Assembly (NCBI GenBank): GCA_024679065.1 | Contig: JAGIQG010000016.1 | Span: 11,160,001 to 11,224,000, forward strand | Length of the DNA: 64,000 nt | Source: Sphyrna mokarran | Lineage: Eukaryota | Direction: 5' to 3' | Shown here: positions 43,201-58,200 of the stretch, in pieces | How the letters are laid out: each line of letters starts with the position of its first letter | Position numbering within the stretch: the stretch's first letter is position 1 | Position numbers and translations under genes: made by a program | The notes under the pieces: generated by a model | Databases searched by the model: none | What the model was told of the DNA's origin: nothing | What the model saw: the letters and a program-made list of their open reading frames with translations, nothing else

Positions 43201-46200
43201 GCACGCAAAGGGTGGTGAATATTTGGAATTCTCTGCCTGATAAGGTTGTGGAGGCTTCCTCACTGAATATGTTCTTCAAGAGTGGATAGGTTTTTAATTG
43301 ACAAGGGAATTAAGAATTACGGGGAGGAAGCGGGAAAGTGGTACTGATCCACTACAGATCAGCCATGATCTTACTGAATGGCGGGACAGGCTCGAGGGGC
43401 TGTGTGGCCTACTCCTGCTCCTATCTTTTATGTTCTTATGTTTTTATAATGTGAGCCCTGCCAATAGTAGGAACACTGTAGAGAATACATTATTCTACAC
43501 CTACATGTTTTCTATGAAAGGACAAAGCTAAAGCTGTGGTACAATATTACCCATGCAGTGTGCCTTCATGCATGTGTTCCTTTTGTGCAAGCCACCGTAT
43601 TGCTGTCGAAACAGGAGATATCTTAGGGATTCATATAACGCCTCGTCAAAGACAAATATGTGAATATGACCGTGGTGATTATTCGTGACATCGGCTGTAT
43701 TCAACTGAATGCATTTAGCGCCAGTGATTGCATAACACAGCATCGTTTTTGTGTACATCCTGCAAATGCTGAAGAATCATATTGTGAGAATTTGGTCTTC
43801 ATTCTTAGCCATTGTAAATTCAAGAGAAAAATAAAATCATAGTCTGTAAAAAGGACTCAGTCAATCTGCTGCATTGTTAATATTTCCTTTCTTTAGTGCA
43901 ATTAGGTCGAAATATGACGGTAGTTATATATAAGATACAACTCCTCAATGAGAGAATTCCGAGTTATTCCATGAATATCGGGGTGGTTGGTACGTGGACA
44001 TGGAATTTAATTTTTTTCAGCTGTTTGGGCTGGAAAATGTCAAAGTATCCAGTTGCGCCAAAATCAGTCGTCATAAGTGCTGCGTTTTGACGGTCAGTTT
44101 CGGATGTTTTCCTATTCGTTAACAGGATATAGGTGTTGCTGGCTAGGTTTGAAAGTATGTTTCCTTGATTTACATTTCACATTTGTTTGCCGGCAACTTT
44201 CTTGTCTGCTGCATTTTCTGTTGTGCACTTTCACCGCTACAAAGCATTTACGGGAATCCGAGCCAGTGATAGAGATGAAGTGCTAATTATTTCAACATTA
44301 AATGCCATTTGTGCTTAGAAGCTATCCCCTTAATGTTGTCATTTCTTTACATCTTCAGGGTTTGTAATACAACGGCGGTGCTGACAAAGCCTTGGTGAAG
44401 GCCTGCAGATGGAGCAAAAGTGAATTGTTGCTGTGACATGCTTATTTGCTGGAGGGCGCGAGTGTTGTCTACGAGTGTGGCCACCAGAGTGAATATCCAC
44501 CGAGCTAAATGTTCACCGTCTTGTTGGAGTCACTGGTGAAGATGAAACATATGGAATTAAGCCAAGAACGCATATGCAAGAGTCAGATCACTTCTGGATG
44601 TAGATACTTATCTGAGAAAAAATAACACATATTATCACTTCATATTTAACAATTTAATTTTTTTAACCTAAGTTCATTAATTCTCCGCGCCTACAACCCC
44701 TTTTATCACCGCAATATTACTAAAATTCCAGATGAAGAGACCCGCGAGAAAGACTCAGGTAATGCAATGTGTGGAGTCAATTTTCACCTTGATTTTAGGC
44801 ACATCACTTAATTTTNNNNNNNNNNNNNNNNNNNNNNNNNNNNNNNNNNNNNNNNNNNNNNNNNNNNNNNNNNNNNNNNNNNNNNNNNNNNNNNNNNNNN
44901 NNNNNNNNNNNNNNNNNNNNNNNNNNNNNNNNNNNNNNNNNNNNNNNNNNNNNNNNNNNNNNNAAGTTTATTTTTGCTTGATTATATGTGTCTCCATTTT
45001 TGAGCTTCGAAAAAGAGAGAAGTTGATGTGAAGACAAAAGTTGTTTGCTAATATTAGGTGACATCAGCAGCCATATTTTGAATGATGGTCAATTTATTAC
45101 CTTAGGAAAGTTGTCACATCAAGGGACAAAGTAAACTCCCGTACACGCCAGCGTAGAATATTTCTCTGTCAGATTACCTTAATGATGTATTTTGATAATG
45201 GGGGCTATGACGTTCACCTAAAATATATCATTTGTTACATTGGTTGATGGACCCAACCGAAGTGTTCATCTATGTTTGTGTCGCAGAGCGTAAGTGAAGG
45301 CTTATGTGTCATCATCTACGTTAACTCCATATTGCTAACATTGAATTTCCCTTCAAATGTTCCCAGGCAGAAGGTTACTAAAGTGCACGTCAGAGAAATG
45401 CCTAAATTTCATGCTGTTTCCGTGCGGGGATCCAACTTTAAGATAAGAGGCGCCAGTGAGGACATTTTGCCACCTTCTGATTTAATCGCTATCCACCGAA
45501 ATTCTCATGAGGATCAGGAAGATTCCTTAAGAAAGTTACTTCGTCACTGCTGAAGACTGAAAACGACGCATATAATTACTAACTTTTGCTACGTCGCCAC
45601 TGTTAGTATCCATTTATCTGCAAGTGTGCAAGTGCCATTGAGTAATTATTCCAGAAATTCCTTCCAGGTTTCAGCTCTGACTAAAATGGATCCGCGGTTC
45701 TGTGTCACTTTCATCAAACAAGGACACATTATGATTACCCTGGGCGTTGTTGGAGGCTGATCTCTGCCAGCACCGTCTTTCATTGCACTCCCCTCCGAAA
45801 TCATCCGTGTATCTATCTCTGATAATACATGTACGCAACGCTTCCCTGGTGCCAGAAGTCCATCGGAGATCCAGAATGATAGTCTCAGTTTCCACTGCAG
45901 CTAGTATGCATCCTCCAGTACCTAAGTTCTGTTGCTAATTCGTTTGGGTACCTCACAGAAGAAGAACTAAGATGTAATAACTGCATTGCGCTTAGGGATT
46001 GATTTACTGCACATTTGACGCGACGCGAACAGTCAGAAATAGAGGCACCACAAGTGAATATAAATGATGAGTATCCCTCCCTTGATATGAGGGAGCTGGG
46101 TGAACCCCATTAAATTAGACCAATCAGACTCTGTTGTCAAATCTGCAAATTCGCAATAGTGTTTCTATTGAGAAACTAAGGCAGTTTCCGTACATAAGTC

Positions 46201-49200
46201 AACAAACCTTTCTTCTCTCCTTATAGAAATAGCTGCTTTGAATAAAGATTTAAAAAATACAGGTGAGAAGGATAAAAAAGGATCATGAATAGTTGTTCAA
46301 AAATTTACTCCAATTGGGAGAGTTTCAACGATCATTTACTAAGAAAACGGTGGAACTGATACGCCATTGTGGAATCACGTTGACTGATGATTTCTATGTT
46401 GACTTCATTTGCCATAAAACTATTTCTGGAAGAAGGCGATTGATTTTAAAACAATAATCAATTCCAATGTTTGTATAGAGCTAAAATGCCGAAAAGTTAT
46501 AGTTATTTTCCTTAGCAAGGTACCTGCTGACGAATTATTCAATTAATTATTATCACTGCGCTGTTCAAATTATGAGCTGCAATTATGAAGATCAACTTCA
46601 TATCAAGAATTCCATTGGAATATTAATTGTTTCATGAGGACATTTTGACGGCATGAAAAAGGTTTGAAGTCTGAATTCGTATAATTTCTGTTTCAGTTGG
46701 TTATCTTTATTTTTAGTTTATTTTTTTTCGGCGGCATTACGCTTTCAGATTTAAAAAAAAAACAGGATAAGCTCAAATCTTCAAAACGCGCAGATTCGAT
46801 GGACATCCTGATAAGGCAGAATATATCGAACAATCTCAATAGTTGCATCGACAGTTGTACTAAAAAAAAACGGCGATTTGGCGCATGCATGTTCACTGGA
46901 CGTTCTCGCAAATTGATGCTTCTGTGCGCTTGAACCGTACTTAGGTTCTGCAGAAATGCATGTTCTATGTGTGGGTCAGTAGTTTGCTGTGTTTCAACTG
47001 TGTATCATGAATTGCCATTTACTTGCTTTGCTACATTTTGTGATTAAATGGGTGGCAGAGTTGGATTTGTTTGATGAGTGTACAGGAACTTCAAAACATA
47101 GAAATTAGACGTAGCTGTATGCAATTTCGCTGCTAAAGTTTGTTCTGTTCTTCACTTTGATAATTGATGATCACCACTTGCAATATTCTCATACAACTTC
47201 CAGTATACAACTCGATCACTTAACACAAAGAGTTATATCTAAATTATTCGTGAAACTACACATTTTGACGTCAACTTCTCTCTGTGGCAATGAAATCCAC
47301 AAGTTCACCACGCGATGGGTAATGACGTTACACCTCGCCTCAGTCCTCAACGGTTTATCCCATGTCCTCAAGCCTCATATTCCTCGTACTCAACTCGCCA
47401 CTATCTGGAACATACTTTTTGAAGTGACCTTGACTAGTTATGTCATAATTAAAACAGAAAATAGGCAGTTAAAAAAAAAGTTGGAATGATTGTTTATTTG
47501 TTCCTTGATTGGCAGACAGGCAATTACAGGGTTTAGAGGGGATACGTGTTCAGACACACGATGCACAGTTTACATGTTAATGGCTTGGAAGATGAAACTA
47601 ATTGAATTAGCTCCCCATTCGCAAGTGACACAAAGTTGGTTGGGAGGGTGTGCTGTGAGAGGGATGCAGAGATGCGTCAGTATGATTTCAACGGGTGGAC
47701 AGTGTGGGCTTATTTCTGACAGATGCAATACATTGTTGATACACATGAGGTTGTCCACTTGGGTGACAAGAATGCGAAGACAGATTATTATTTGTCTGGG
47801 TGGAAAGCGGGAAAAGTGGATACACTGTGCTGAGTTGGTGGCCTCCTTCATCAGTCGCAAAAAGTAAGCATGCAGGAATAATACTCATCCACGAGGCTAA
47901 ATCATTTTTCTTCAGGCCCTTTTAACACGTGTCTAGACGCTCCGTGAAGCATCACATTGTAAGATGAAAAATTGGACATTTTTTTTTCTCTTAATCTCAT
48001 GCTCCTGGATTCATCAAATACTTGGAAGAGCCCGTACCTTCTCATTGAACATTTTTGTCCTGTGAATTTGCAACCTGTGTATTACTGAAAAGAAATGTGC
48101 CGAACATTCCGCCTTGTGGTGGTTAAACCATTTCATTAAAATATCAATAAGGATGAAGACATATTTTCAATTAGAAAGGGGAAAGCTAATTTCATGACAT
48201 TATACATTTCCATTTGTGGAGGGCACAAGCAATTTTCATTAACAGACAAATGGTCGGATGGGAGTCGATTCAGGGACAAGAAGCATTGCATATATTGACA
48301 TTGCAGTCCTTTCTCAAAAAAAAACTCTTAAAAATCGTATTGCAATAATGAGACTGTGCCTTCAGAACTGCAAAATGAAAAGCATTTTGACCATTGTATG
48401 ATGCACCACGTCTGTCTTTACATCGGCAATTATCAATGTCCAATATCGTCCATCTGATGACATGATGTATGCTGAGTTAATGGAACTTCCAATGTACAAC
48501 TGGACATAATTTGAGTTATTTGATCTTTACACGTGATTTTTTTTAAAAATGATGATGGACAACACAGCAAAGCATTATTCAATCAATGGCACGCATTCTG
48601 TTGGGATGAGATTAAATTAATGTATTTGTTTTGATCCATCAACAATTTTTTTTTTCGTCTTATTTGAAAGGAGAAAAATTACAACAAAAGCAAAAGGGTA
48701 ACAATTCAAACTATTACTTCTGAAAGCTATTCATATAAAGACATGCCAACTTAGCTATTTCAATATTTCTGCCTCACGTTTTATCTGTTTTGTACATCAG
48801 TCTACTTGAATATACTTACTGTCATAAAAAATTATGTCAATATATGTTTGACTGCCTGAACAGTGTCACACTTTTTTTTTCCCTAAATGACACGCAGTTC
48901 AATTATATAATTTTTTTAGTGGCTTATTCAACGGCAGGATGCGGAAATTTCAAGAACATTAAATCTTTTGAAACGGGATAAATCCACATTTTTACCTCTA
49001 ATCATCCGCTTACATCTAAAGATTTCCTGCATTGCTTGTTATGTTTATTTGTATCTGTGTCTTAGGAAAGCACAAGCCTGACCAAAATTGATGGCACAAT
49101 TTAATTTCAGCTGAGTGTGGAACATTAATTTGAGGTCAAATTTACAAGTGTTTACAACCCTTCAACTAAAAAAAAATACAACGTTTTTCTCAGTTTTGTA

Positions 49201-52200
49201 CATATAAAAAGCATATCATAATAGGAGGAGACTATTACATTCCACAAGGTCGGGCTCCGCTGATAGCTGTAAGTCATAATGGACAGAAAATTATTTCAAA
49301 TATTGTCGAGAGCAGGAAGTAAGTTCACAAATTGTAGGCTGTCGAAGAGAAGTCTTGCCCGGCTTTCAGTGATCTCAGTGGAAGGGATATTTTTGATTCT
49401 ATTTCAGAATATGCGTGTTTCTGTTCAGGACAGCATTCATTCCCTTTTTCTATTTTCCTTGCAGAAAGTGACGGTTATTTGATATTTGAACGGATGCAGT
49501 CACTGAGTTATAGGTGCACCCACATTCTATTCGTGTGTCTATACATATATAATATATTCTTATCCTTCTGGTTCCTAGTTGGCATGGGTCGTGCAAGTGT
49601 TGCCTAAGGAAATGCAGAATTTCCTGTAGTGCAGCTTTAGAGCAAAAACTGAACTGTCCATTGTCGTCACTACTTCAGATTTTCAAGTTTGAGGAATTGA
49701 TTGAAATCAAAGTTTTGTTTTCTCTGGAATGGCATGAACCATCTTCAGTGTTGATGGAGCCGCACTCATTCAGCCTAGTGCAGCACACTCAATTATATCC
49801 CTGTGTTGTGCCTTGAAGACAGTAAACGAGTTTGCAGTCAGAAGCTGTGGTTCGACGCAGGATTCCAAGCTGTTGGCTGTTCTGGCACGCAGAAGTTGGT
49901 TATGGCGAGTCCAGTTCATTTTTTGGTCAACGATAACAACATTGAGCTGAAAGATCCAAGCAATTAGCATGTCATTGCATATCAAGAGTTTATTTTGTTC
50001 GATTGTGTCTTTTTGTCTGGTTTTGAATTTCAGGAATATTATGTGTCAATCATTAGCCTTGCTGTTTTTATTTTGTTTTTTTTGGGGGGGGGGACCTGGG
50101 GGGCGTACAAAAATGCAGTGTCTCAGTGTTCGTGAGATCACCAAGTATTGTTGACTATTTTGTAATAACCAACAGGTATTCCATATCTAAACTAAGTTTT
50201 AAATGATGCACTTTGTGAAGCAACTGGGCATGGCTAGGCTTAAGACACTACCATTATTTACTGCATTGATTTACAAGAAATGAAATGATTGAATTACAAT
50301 CATTATAACAACTTTCCCTTGAATCAGTAATGCTTACAACCAATGGAGGTTTTTAAGCCTGGTTCCCAATGATCCAAGCTGTTGCAGTGCTGCTAGATTC
50401 CATACTCAGAAAATAAAATGTTGACTTAATGTCAAAGTTAGTAACTCGTAAGTCGTCTGTGATCTACAGTCACTTTGTACGATATAACTGTTACAATGGC
50501 ATCACGAGTTGAGTAACCTAAGCGCAATACAAGCTGAGCCTCTATTTGCAGGTTATACCTGAGTGTGCGATGCATTCCATCTCTGCTGATCCTTTCTATC
50601 ACATCACTTTTGACCCAATCGTCTAGGCTCATTGGCCAGTCATTTATACCTGTATAGTTTCCTGTAAACAAAAAAAAACAGGTAAACCATGCGTGTTAAT
50701 TTTCCATTTTTACTGGTATCATTGGTTATATTATTGGCATGTTTCAGAGAAACATTTTCAATTCTATTGCAAGAGAAAAAGAAACAAAAACAAAAATAAA
50801 AACAAACAAAAACACATAAACAGAGCAGTATCCTTGGTCTTTTTGGGATCGAATACATTCAACCGTTTTAAGAGATCAGGTGATATATTTCGAAGTGATT
50901 GAAGGCTAACATTGATAATGTTGGGGATCGACAGATGAATTCGAAATGGATGATTCATTCGGGGCTTTTTGTCGAAGATTGTTGTAAATGTTATTTTTTA
51001 TGCGTTGGTACGTTATGTGCATCCTTCTTTAAGAATGGAGACTTTGTGGAGACATATCTTCTAATGAGCTGTTCAGAGCTCAATCAGATTACGCAGTTTC
51101 ATATGATAGATCTGCAGGAGTTTGATCCTTTGATCCATTGTTTTTGGATTGAATTTGCCTCTACCTGTAAATTACCACTTCGTTGCTTGGCATTCAAATA
51201 TTCCTTCCTTGTACCATCACCCTCTTTGAAGCTTCAATTCTGCTCATGTCTACTGTTGCTCCTTGCATGCCCAACTGCCCTTATGATTGGTATTGAGTTA
51301 GTTGCTTCGCCTGGTGATAATGTTGGTTTAGTTGTATCCCAAGAAATTATGTTACATAATTGCTGTTAAATATGCACAAATTCAGATTCAGCAGTTGTGG
51401 TACAAGGCTGTCTGCCTAGCTCTAACGGTTATTTTTTTTTTCCACCATGGTCCACGAGGAACGATGGCACATCAAGAGATTATAAGCCTACTTGTGGCTA
51501 ATAAATAAACTTAAACTTCATATCTCTGCCAAATGTGGGAAAAAAAAACTGTAAGTTTGAAATAACTCCATGGCCAAAATGGCTCGTCTTTCCTTTGTAG
51601 TTTCTTATGGTGTGGTTTGTGCTACATTGCCTCATGGTTTAGTTGCTTTAGAAAAGTTGAATGCAACTGAAGGGTGCGGAAATAAACCGTTTCTGAGACA
51701 CTGGAATAATAAGTATGTCAGGTCATGAATGGTCGATAGTTTTCCTTCGCTTAATGATACTAGTGCACCAGTTGCATGTTTTACAGCAGTTGGCAATGAG
51801 ACATCACTGGATCGTTGTGTTTCCAAATCCAGTGTCACCCTTCCTGGAGCCATTTGCCTTTATGATCCAACAATAGTTGCGATTTGAGTTTATGTTTGCA
51901 TCCCAATGCATCAATTCAGTATGCAGGACTCAGTTCCAAAGAAAGCTATTGCAAATATAAGAGCATAAACAAAGAGACGTGTTCCCAAGAGAATGGCAAA
52001 TCTTTACTCAAGTTTATTTGTTGTAAGATTGTTGCTTGTAAAGTTGAAATAGCGTTATTTGCAATGATGATTTTATTTTTATTGCAATACATTCAACAAT
52101 GTTTCATAAGAAAATGATTTCATACACATGTTTCTCCATTTTAGTTAATGCTCATATAATTACATTAACAGACGTGTGCGGATGTGATGTGTAATGGACA

Positions 52201-55200
52201 AACACAGACTATAAAGAAAACATGCGCACACACGCATTTTACATCTATTTAGCCCATGTAAACTCTGGGAAATCATTTGCAATATATCAGCAGGAGGTGA
52301 GATCAGAATATCGAAATAGGTCTGACAATTGGCAATCGGAAGGTGATTGCAATAGTTGAGGAATTTTGCCATTTTTATTCAAATTGAATATTCGACTATT
52401 CAGCCTGTCTTGTCTTAACCAGCTAGGAAATAACGTGCAAGTCATTGATGTTTTCTCTTTTATTCCACCGGTGCTTCGGTCCGTCTTGTTGTTCAACAAG
52501 GGGCATACACGCGATGTGTCGTGCAAGGACTGCTCTTGGATTTTTCGAGAGTAGCCTAGTGCTTCATGTCATTAATGTACGCTTAAACTGGATCAGTTGA
52601 TGGGGAACACGACAGCTCAGTGACTATCATAGTTTGCTGTGCAGATACGTGGATTTGGACCAGTATCTGTGGGAGTTTGTGCATTCTTCCCATGGTTGTG
52701 TGGGTTTCTCCGCATACTCCGGTTTCCTTCCACACCCTAAAGATGTGCTCTTAGACTGTTTGGTGAAATAAATTACCCTAAATTGTCTCCGTGGTCTGGT
52801 TTCCAATGTGGATTTTCATAAACATAGACAAGGGTCATGTGTGGAAGAGGGATCTCACGCTGTTAAAACCGCGGTGCAGGCTCATTGGGCCGAAGGACCT
52901 GTTTCACGTGCTGTGTTGTTCTTTGTACTTTGTGCAGAGTATTAGATTTTCTGCGTTGAATAGTGTCAGTAGTGCATCCATAGTAAAGCATTGCTTGTTA
53001 AAAAGTACTGTTGTTTATCAAAGTTAAAATCAAACGTATAAAGCTTGGAACACTTGAGCATGGTCATGATAGGAATGATACCTTCAGATGTGCGATGTAC
53101 AGTGATACACTGTGCACTGGGAAATTTAAAATTGGTTGCTTATTTTAAGAATGAGACCACATATTTTTTTTTATCCTAGAACGTATTACGACGTTAGGTT
53201 TGGAATGAGATTCACTAACAAGTGTTGTAATACATCGTTTCAACAAGAAGAAACAGTTAATGACACAGGAACGACTTAATTTAGACAGAGCCATTAAGCT
53301 CTGATTTATAAGAAGAATGCAATTAATGAAACCATGAGACAGAAGATGACCAAATTCCAACAGGAATTCAAGTTACTTTATCAACGTGCATTTACATAGT
53401 CGAATTAAGATGTCGGTATTGATGTTTCAATTTTATTCCCTTATGACGCTAATCTATTTCTCTGGAACGACTTCAGAATACCTTCAACCACTTTTGCAGA
53501 GTATTCGCTGTATCTATTTAACTTTGGATTGAGACACGAAAACTCATCTTCTCGCTGAGGTCTGGATTAAAAGGCTATCACTGTATATCAGTTACATTTT
53601 AAAACGTGCAGAAACAACAGTTTTGAACAGGAAAACGCCAGCTGCTGAGGTAGAGGCAGTTCTCTCAAAAAAGTTAATAATGTACGATGTGTTGTAAAAA
53701 CCCACTGTTTAATGCCCGAGATATAGAACAATATGTCTCACCAACTAACATATTGTCACATCCAAATCTTAGAAGCAGACGACTTGAGACACCTTCTGGC
53801 TGAGTGTGGTAAGCAGAATTGTGTATGATTCTCAGTGTAATAGGAGTGAAAAGTAAGACATATTCTGATAAATAGAAACATACACACGAGGAGAAAACAT
53901 GCACAAATATTGACAAAGTAGGGAGAAGTAGATGTGTGGCAAATTCACTGAATCAAATGCGTTGGCATGCAAAAACGGATCATTTAATACTCCTTATTAT
54001 GGATTGCATTTGCTCTCATGCAACGCAGTAAGTATTCTACGATTCTGATGTGAAACCTTTTACTGCATTTTTGTTTTCAATCCTGGGTGATGCACCTTTC
54101 AGAGATTGTGGACAATTATACTTTTTTTCTCACTTGTAAACACAGCTTGCTATGCCTTTAGAATTTAAACAGAGCCTGCTATGCCAGATGCATGCTGTGT
54201 TCCAGTATTGCATCGGACAAGAGCGGAAAGAAAACCTTCCTTAAGTGGTGAAACTTCGAATTATAAAAAAAAATAGCTGAACAACGTTTAATTATTCTAA
54301 CTGTGTTTACTGAGCGTTGAAATTATGTGCATTTTGGCCGTCTGATAATATGTAATAAGAATTCTCACTGCACCAGATGTATTATGTTTCACGAGCTCTG
54401 GAAGCGCTGTTCGTCTGATGAAGGACTAGCACTTCGAAAGTCCATGATAATAAATAAACCTGTTTGACTTCGAGCTGGTGTAGTGAGATTTCTTACTGTG
54501 TCCACCTTAGTCCAACACATGCAGTTCCACGTTTTACGCTTCAAATCAACTGTTTCCGTTCTCAAATTATTCTTTAAGTCTTGAGGAAATTTCTGCAAGA
54601 CAAAAACGTGCATTATTTCACTTGGCATGCATTTGATTTTTTAATGACCAATGTTCTCGCAGTTGTGGAATTGTACTGGTAATGCTTTTGAGAGCCAACA
54701 TGTAACATGTTCAAGGCATGGTCTCGAAACCCAGCTGGAAATTAACCTGTTGAAATGGAATCAGGCTGTCACTATCAGAAATAGCGTCCGTCGGTCGATC
54801 GCGAATTATTCAAAAGAACCATCAACATTCTCAATTGTAAAAAAAAACTGCCGTCCTTAGCTTTTCCTGGCTGCATCACAGATCAGGTAGCAATCAGGTT
54901 CATATGAACTGAACTTAAAGTGATCTGAAAAGAAGAAGTAAACATAAACGTATGAACTAGAAAAAACAGTTGGCCATTTGGACTGTTGATCCTGCTCCGA
55001 CATTTAATAGTGGCAATGGTAATCGTTTCAACTCCACTTCCTAGCCCACTCTCCATAACCATTTTTTTTTTTGCTTACCTGTTCAACAATCAATTTATCT
55101 TTGACTGAAAACCATTCAACGTGTCAACTTCCACTGTTTCATTTGTCAGGGGATTGCAAGATTCACAAACTTTTCGGTCAATAATTTCCTCCTCAAATCA

Positions 55201-58200
55201 GTCCTCAGTTTCTTTGAGCATTTTTCGACTCTATGACCTCTATTTCTGCTTTCAATGGCCACGCTTCCATTTCATTTATTCCCTTTATCAATTCCTCTGA
55301 TATATTTTCATTCCACTTAGTTTTTCCTCATAGGTCAAACATCTCAACACGGGAATAACCTAGTGAGTCGATTCTGCACTCTCTCACGCGCAAGTATATC
55401 ATGTGTTATGGAAGGAGACCAAAACAGTACAAGTGCTACAGGCACCAGCACCTTGTAGAGCTGCAATAAAACCTCACTGTTTTAAACATGATTTTCTAGA
55501 AATAAAGAAAAAAAACATTCCATAGGACTTCTTAATTACCTGCAGCAACTGCAAATCAACAGTTTGAAGATCATGTATTATGCAAGGAGACCAAAACGGT
55601 ACACGTGCTACAGGGGTGGCCACACCAGCACCTTGTAGAGCTGCAATAAAATCTCACTGTTTTAAACATGATTTTCTAGAAATAAAGAAAAAGCATTCCA
55701 TAGGACTTCTTAATTACCTGCAGCAACTGCAAATCAACAGTGCGAAGATCATGCCCAAATGAATACAGATCCATTTAGATAACCGACGATTCTGCCGCTT
55801 TTCCCGGAAAAAAAAGACTTGGATTTACTAACATTGCACTCTATCTGCCAGAAGATTGCCTACTCCTTTCAACTCTGTCCGACCTTTGAAGTGTTCAGTA
55901 TCATCTGGACACTTTGCTCCACCAGTCATTTAATGACCTATGTGAGCTACGGCACAGTGCACATGACCCTCAGCTTTAAGTTATCTATTTAAAGTGTAAA
56001 CAAATAAGAACGTGAAATGAATGAGACACTTGAAATAATTAGAGAACAGCTCCATATTATAAGTTTATTGTCATTTTATTTTCCATAATAATTTGGACGT
56101 GTCTGGAAAATATGCCAAATTCTTACAGTAGCGTTTTTTTTTGTCTTCCCTTGGCTCAGAACAAACAAGTACTATTCAGTTTTGAGATGCGTCACAAATC
56201 GGCATTACACACAAATTCGAGCAAAATATTTAAAGAACAGCAATGACTTTTTTTTATATTTTCTTTACAATAGCCTCAATCGAGCTGCTCAAATTAGGTT
56301 GTCTTGACAAATGCTTTGCTTGCTCACCGACAACTAGTAGTTGTCGTCATTTTTATTCGTCATTTGAAACTTCCACCCCTGCAGTGTCTGTTGTTGTTTT
56401 TTGCTTATAATACTTTTCAATTGTTCATTTGGTACAAAAATTATGATTCATGGCCTCCTCTGAATTAACTTTGGAACAACAGTGGTTTAGACGTGAGGTT
56501 ATGGAAATAGGATAATTTCTGGTCTCATGTTTTCAATTTCTGATATCATCGAAGATAAACTTCATTGCAAATCAGAATTAGCTGCAACTCAAATTAATCA
56601 ATTGGACAGTTTGAAATACCACGATAGTCACAAAGTTTACATTTTCTATTGGCGTGCTGCGTGTACTGACCTTTGATTAGCAAAGATATGAAATGCTAAT
56701 GCTGCAAAATATCACATGGTCCTCCATATTTTGGATTCCCTGTATTGCGTAATCGTATGTGCTTTATTATTATGAAGTTAAACATTAACTTTTTTTTATA
56801 TTAGTGCTGCAAGTGTGATTGCATTAACACTGCAATGTAGATACAGATCATTCCCTGTCGCCACACTCCAGTCTGTGCTTCGGTTATGGTGAGCAAAAAT
56901 TTCGCATGGCCAATTCATCTAAACGAACTTTCTTTTTGCAAACAACAGTAAGAAACTATACCACGTAGAGAAATACTACGTAGGAAACATGCATACTCCT
57001 CACTGACACTAAAATAAGTTAGTATTAAAGTACGGTGCCAAGAGTTCTGAAGCAGCAGTGATACCCGCTCTGCCACGATCCTGCCAATGGTACAAAACCG
57101 CAAGAAAACAATAACCCGAAGAAATTCGCATAATGCTACACCAGTTAAAAAATGATGAATGACATTCTACGAAACCTTAACTTCTCAGCATTTCGAACCT
57201 TACACCAAACCTTATATTTAAACTATCAAATTTCGTTGTGAATGTCAACTATAGATCAGCAGTGATGGACAATATCATTCCAAACTCGTTCACTGGCATC
57301 TCTCATCATTGTTGTATGCAATCTAAAGGGACTCATCCCAACATAATTTCAAGAACAGATCCATCAACTTTGAAAACTTTCCTTCCAGGCATAAACTTTT
57401 CACTCTGTTTTTGAGTTGCACGTGTTTATAATCAGTTTACGTCGAATTCCTCTGAATAACAAAAATATAGATTCACAAGGTCGTTCAGGTCAGAAACAGC
57501 TCTTTGGCCCATTCAGCGTAAACCATCAGTCACAATCAATAAATTTCCCGAATATGATTTCCCAAAATATGCCTAGTATTGTTAAATACTATGAAGATTC
57601 ACTTGTTCAACCATTTTTTTTTTAAGTTTAAAGACATTCTGGCCTCCCCGAACATCGATCCGAATTATTTTACATGTTAGCACCACTTTCTGTTTTTTTT
57701 TCTCTCAGTTCTCTCCGAATGTTCCACCCTTACCGTTAAACTCTGCCCATTGCAGATGCAAACGATCGGAATAACGGCTTGCTCGCTATTCTGTCTATCC
57801 ACCTTACCATTACGTACGTCTGAATCGTGTGTCTGCTCAGCCTTTTTCTGCTCCAGGAAAACGGTCCAATTTTGCTCAGCCTCTCCTTGAAGTTCACATT
57901 GTCCATTCCATGCAGCGTCCTAACGAATCTCATCGGTACGCCTCTCGCAAATCATCCTTCCCAACACGTGACCAGCACAACTGCATTCAGCATTCCAAAA
58001 AAAAAGCACGACAAGTGATTTATACAGCCCTGAATCATCTCTTTGTGATTATATTCTTTCTAACGACTGCTAACATTTAACATGTAAATAAACTTTTTAT
58101 CATTACGACGCACTACTGCAGCGCATTCATGGAGCTGTCAAGAGAGAAACCAAGGTCCATTGTTTCTCAGTGGTTCCAAGCGCCCTGTGCGTAACTTAAT

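Noticed and set aside
45959-48395. Candidates 45959-45973 (EEELR) and 48366-48395 ([10 protein letters not shown])
   Set aside because: Both end in T, which makes TAA when joined to an AA-starting exon; splice sites are modest
53180-53197. 18-nt candidate (ERITTL)
   Set aside because: Strong acceptor but weak donor (gtttgg); an alternative to B6 that cannot be resolved from sequence
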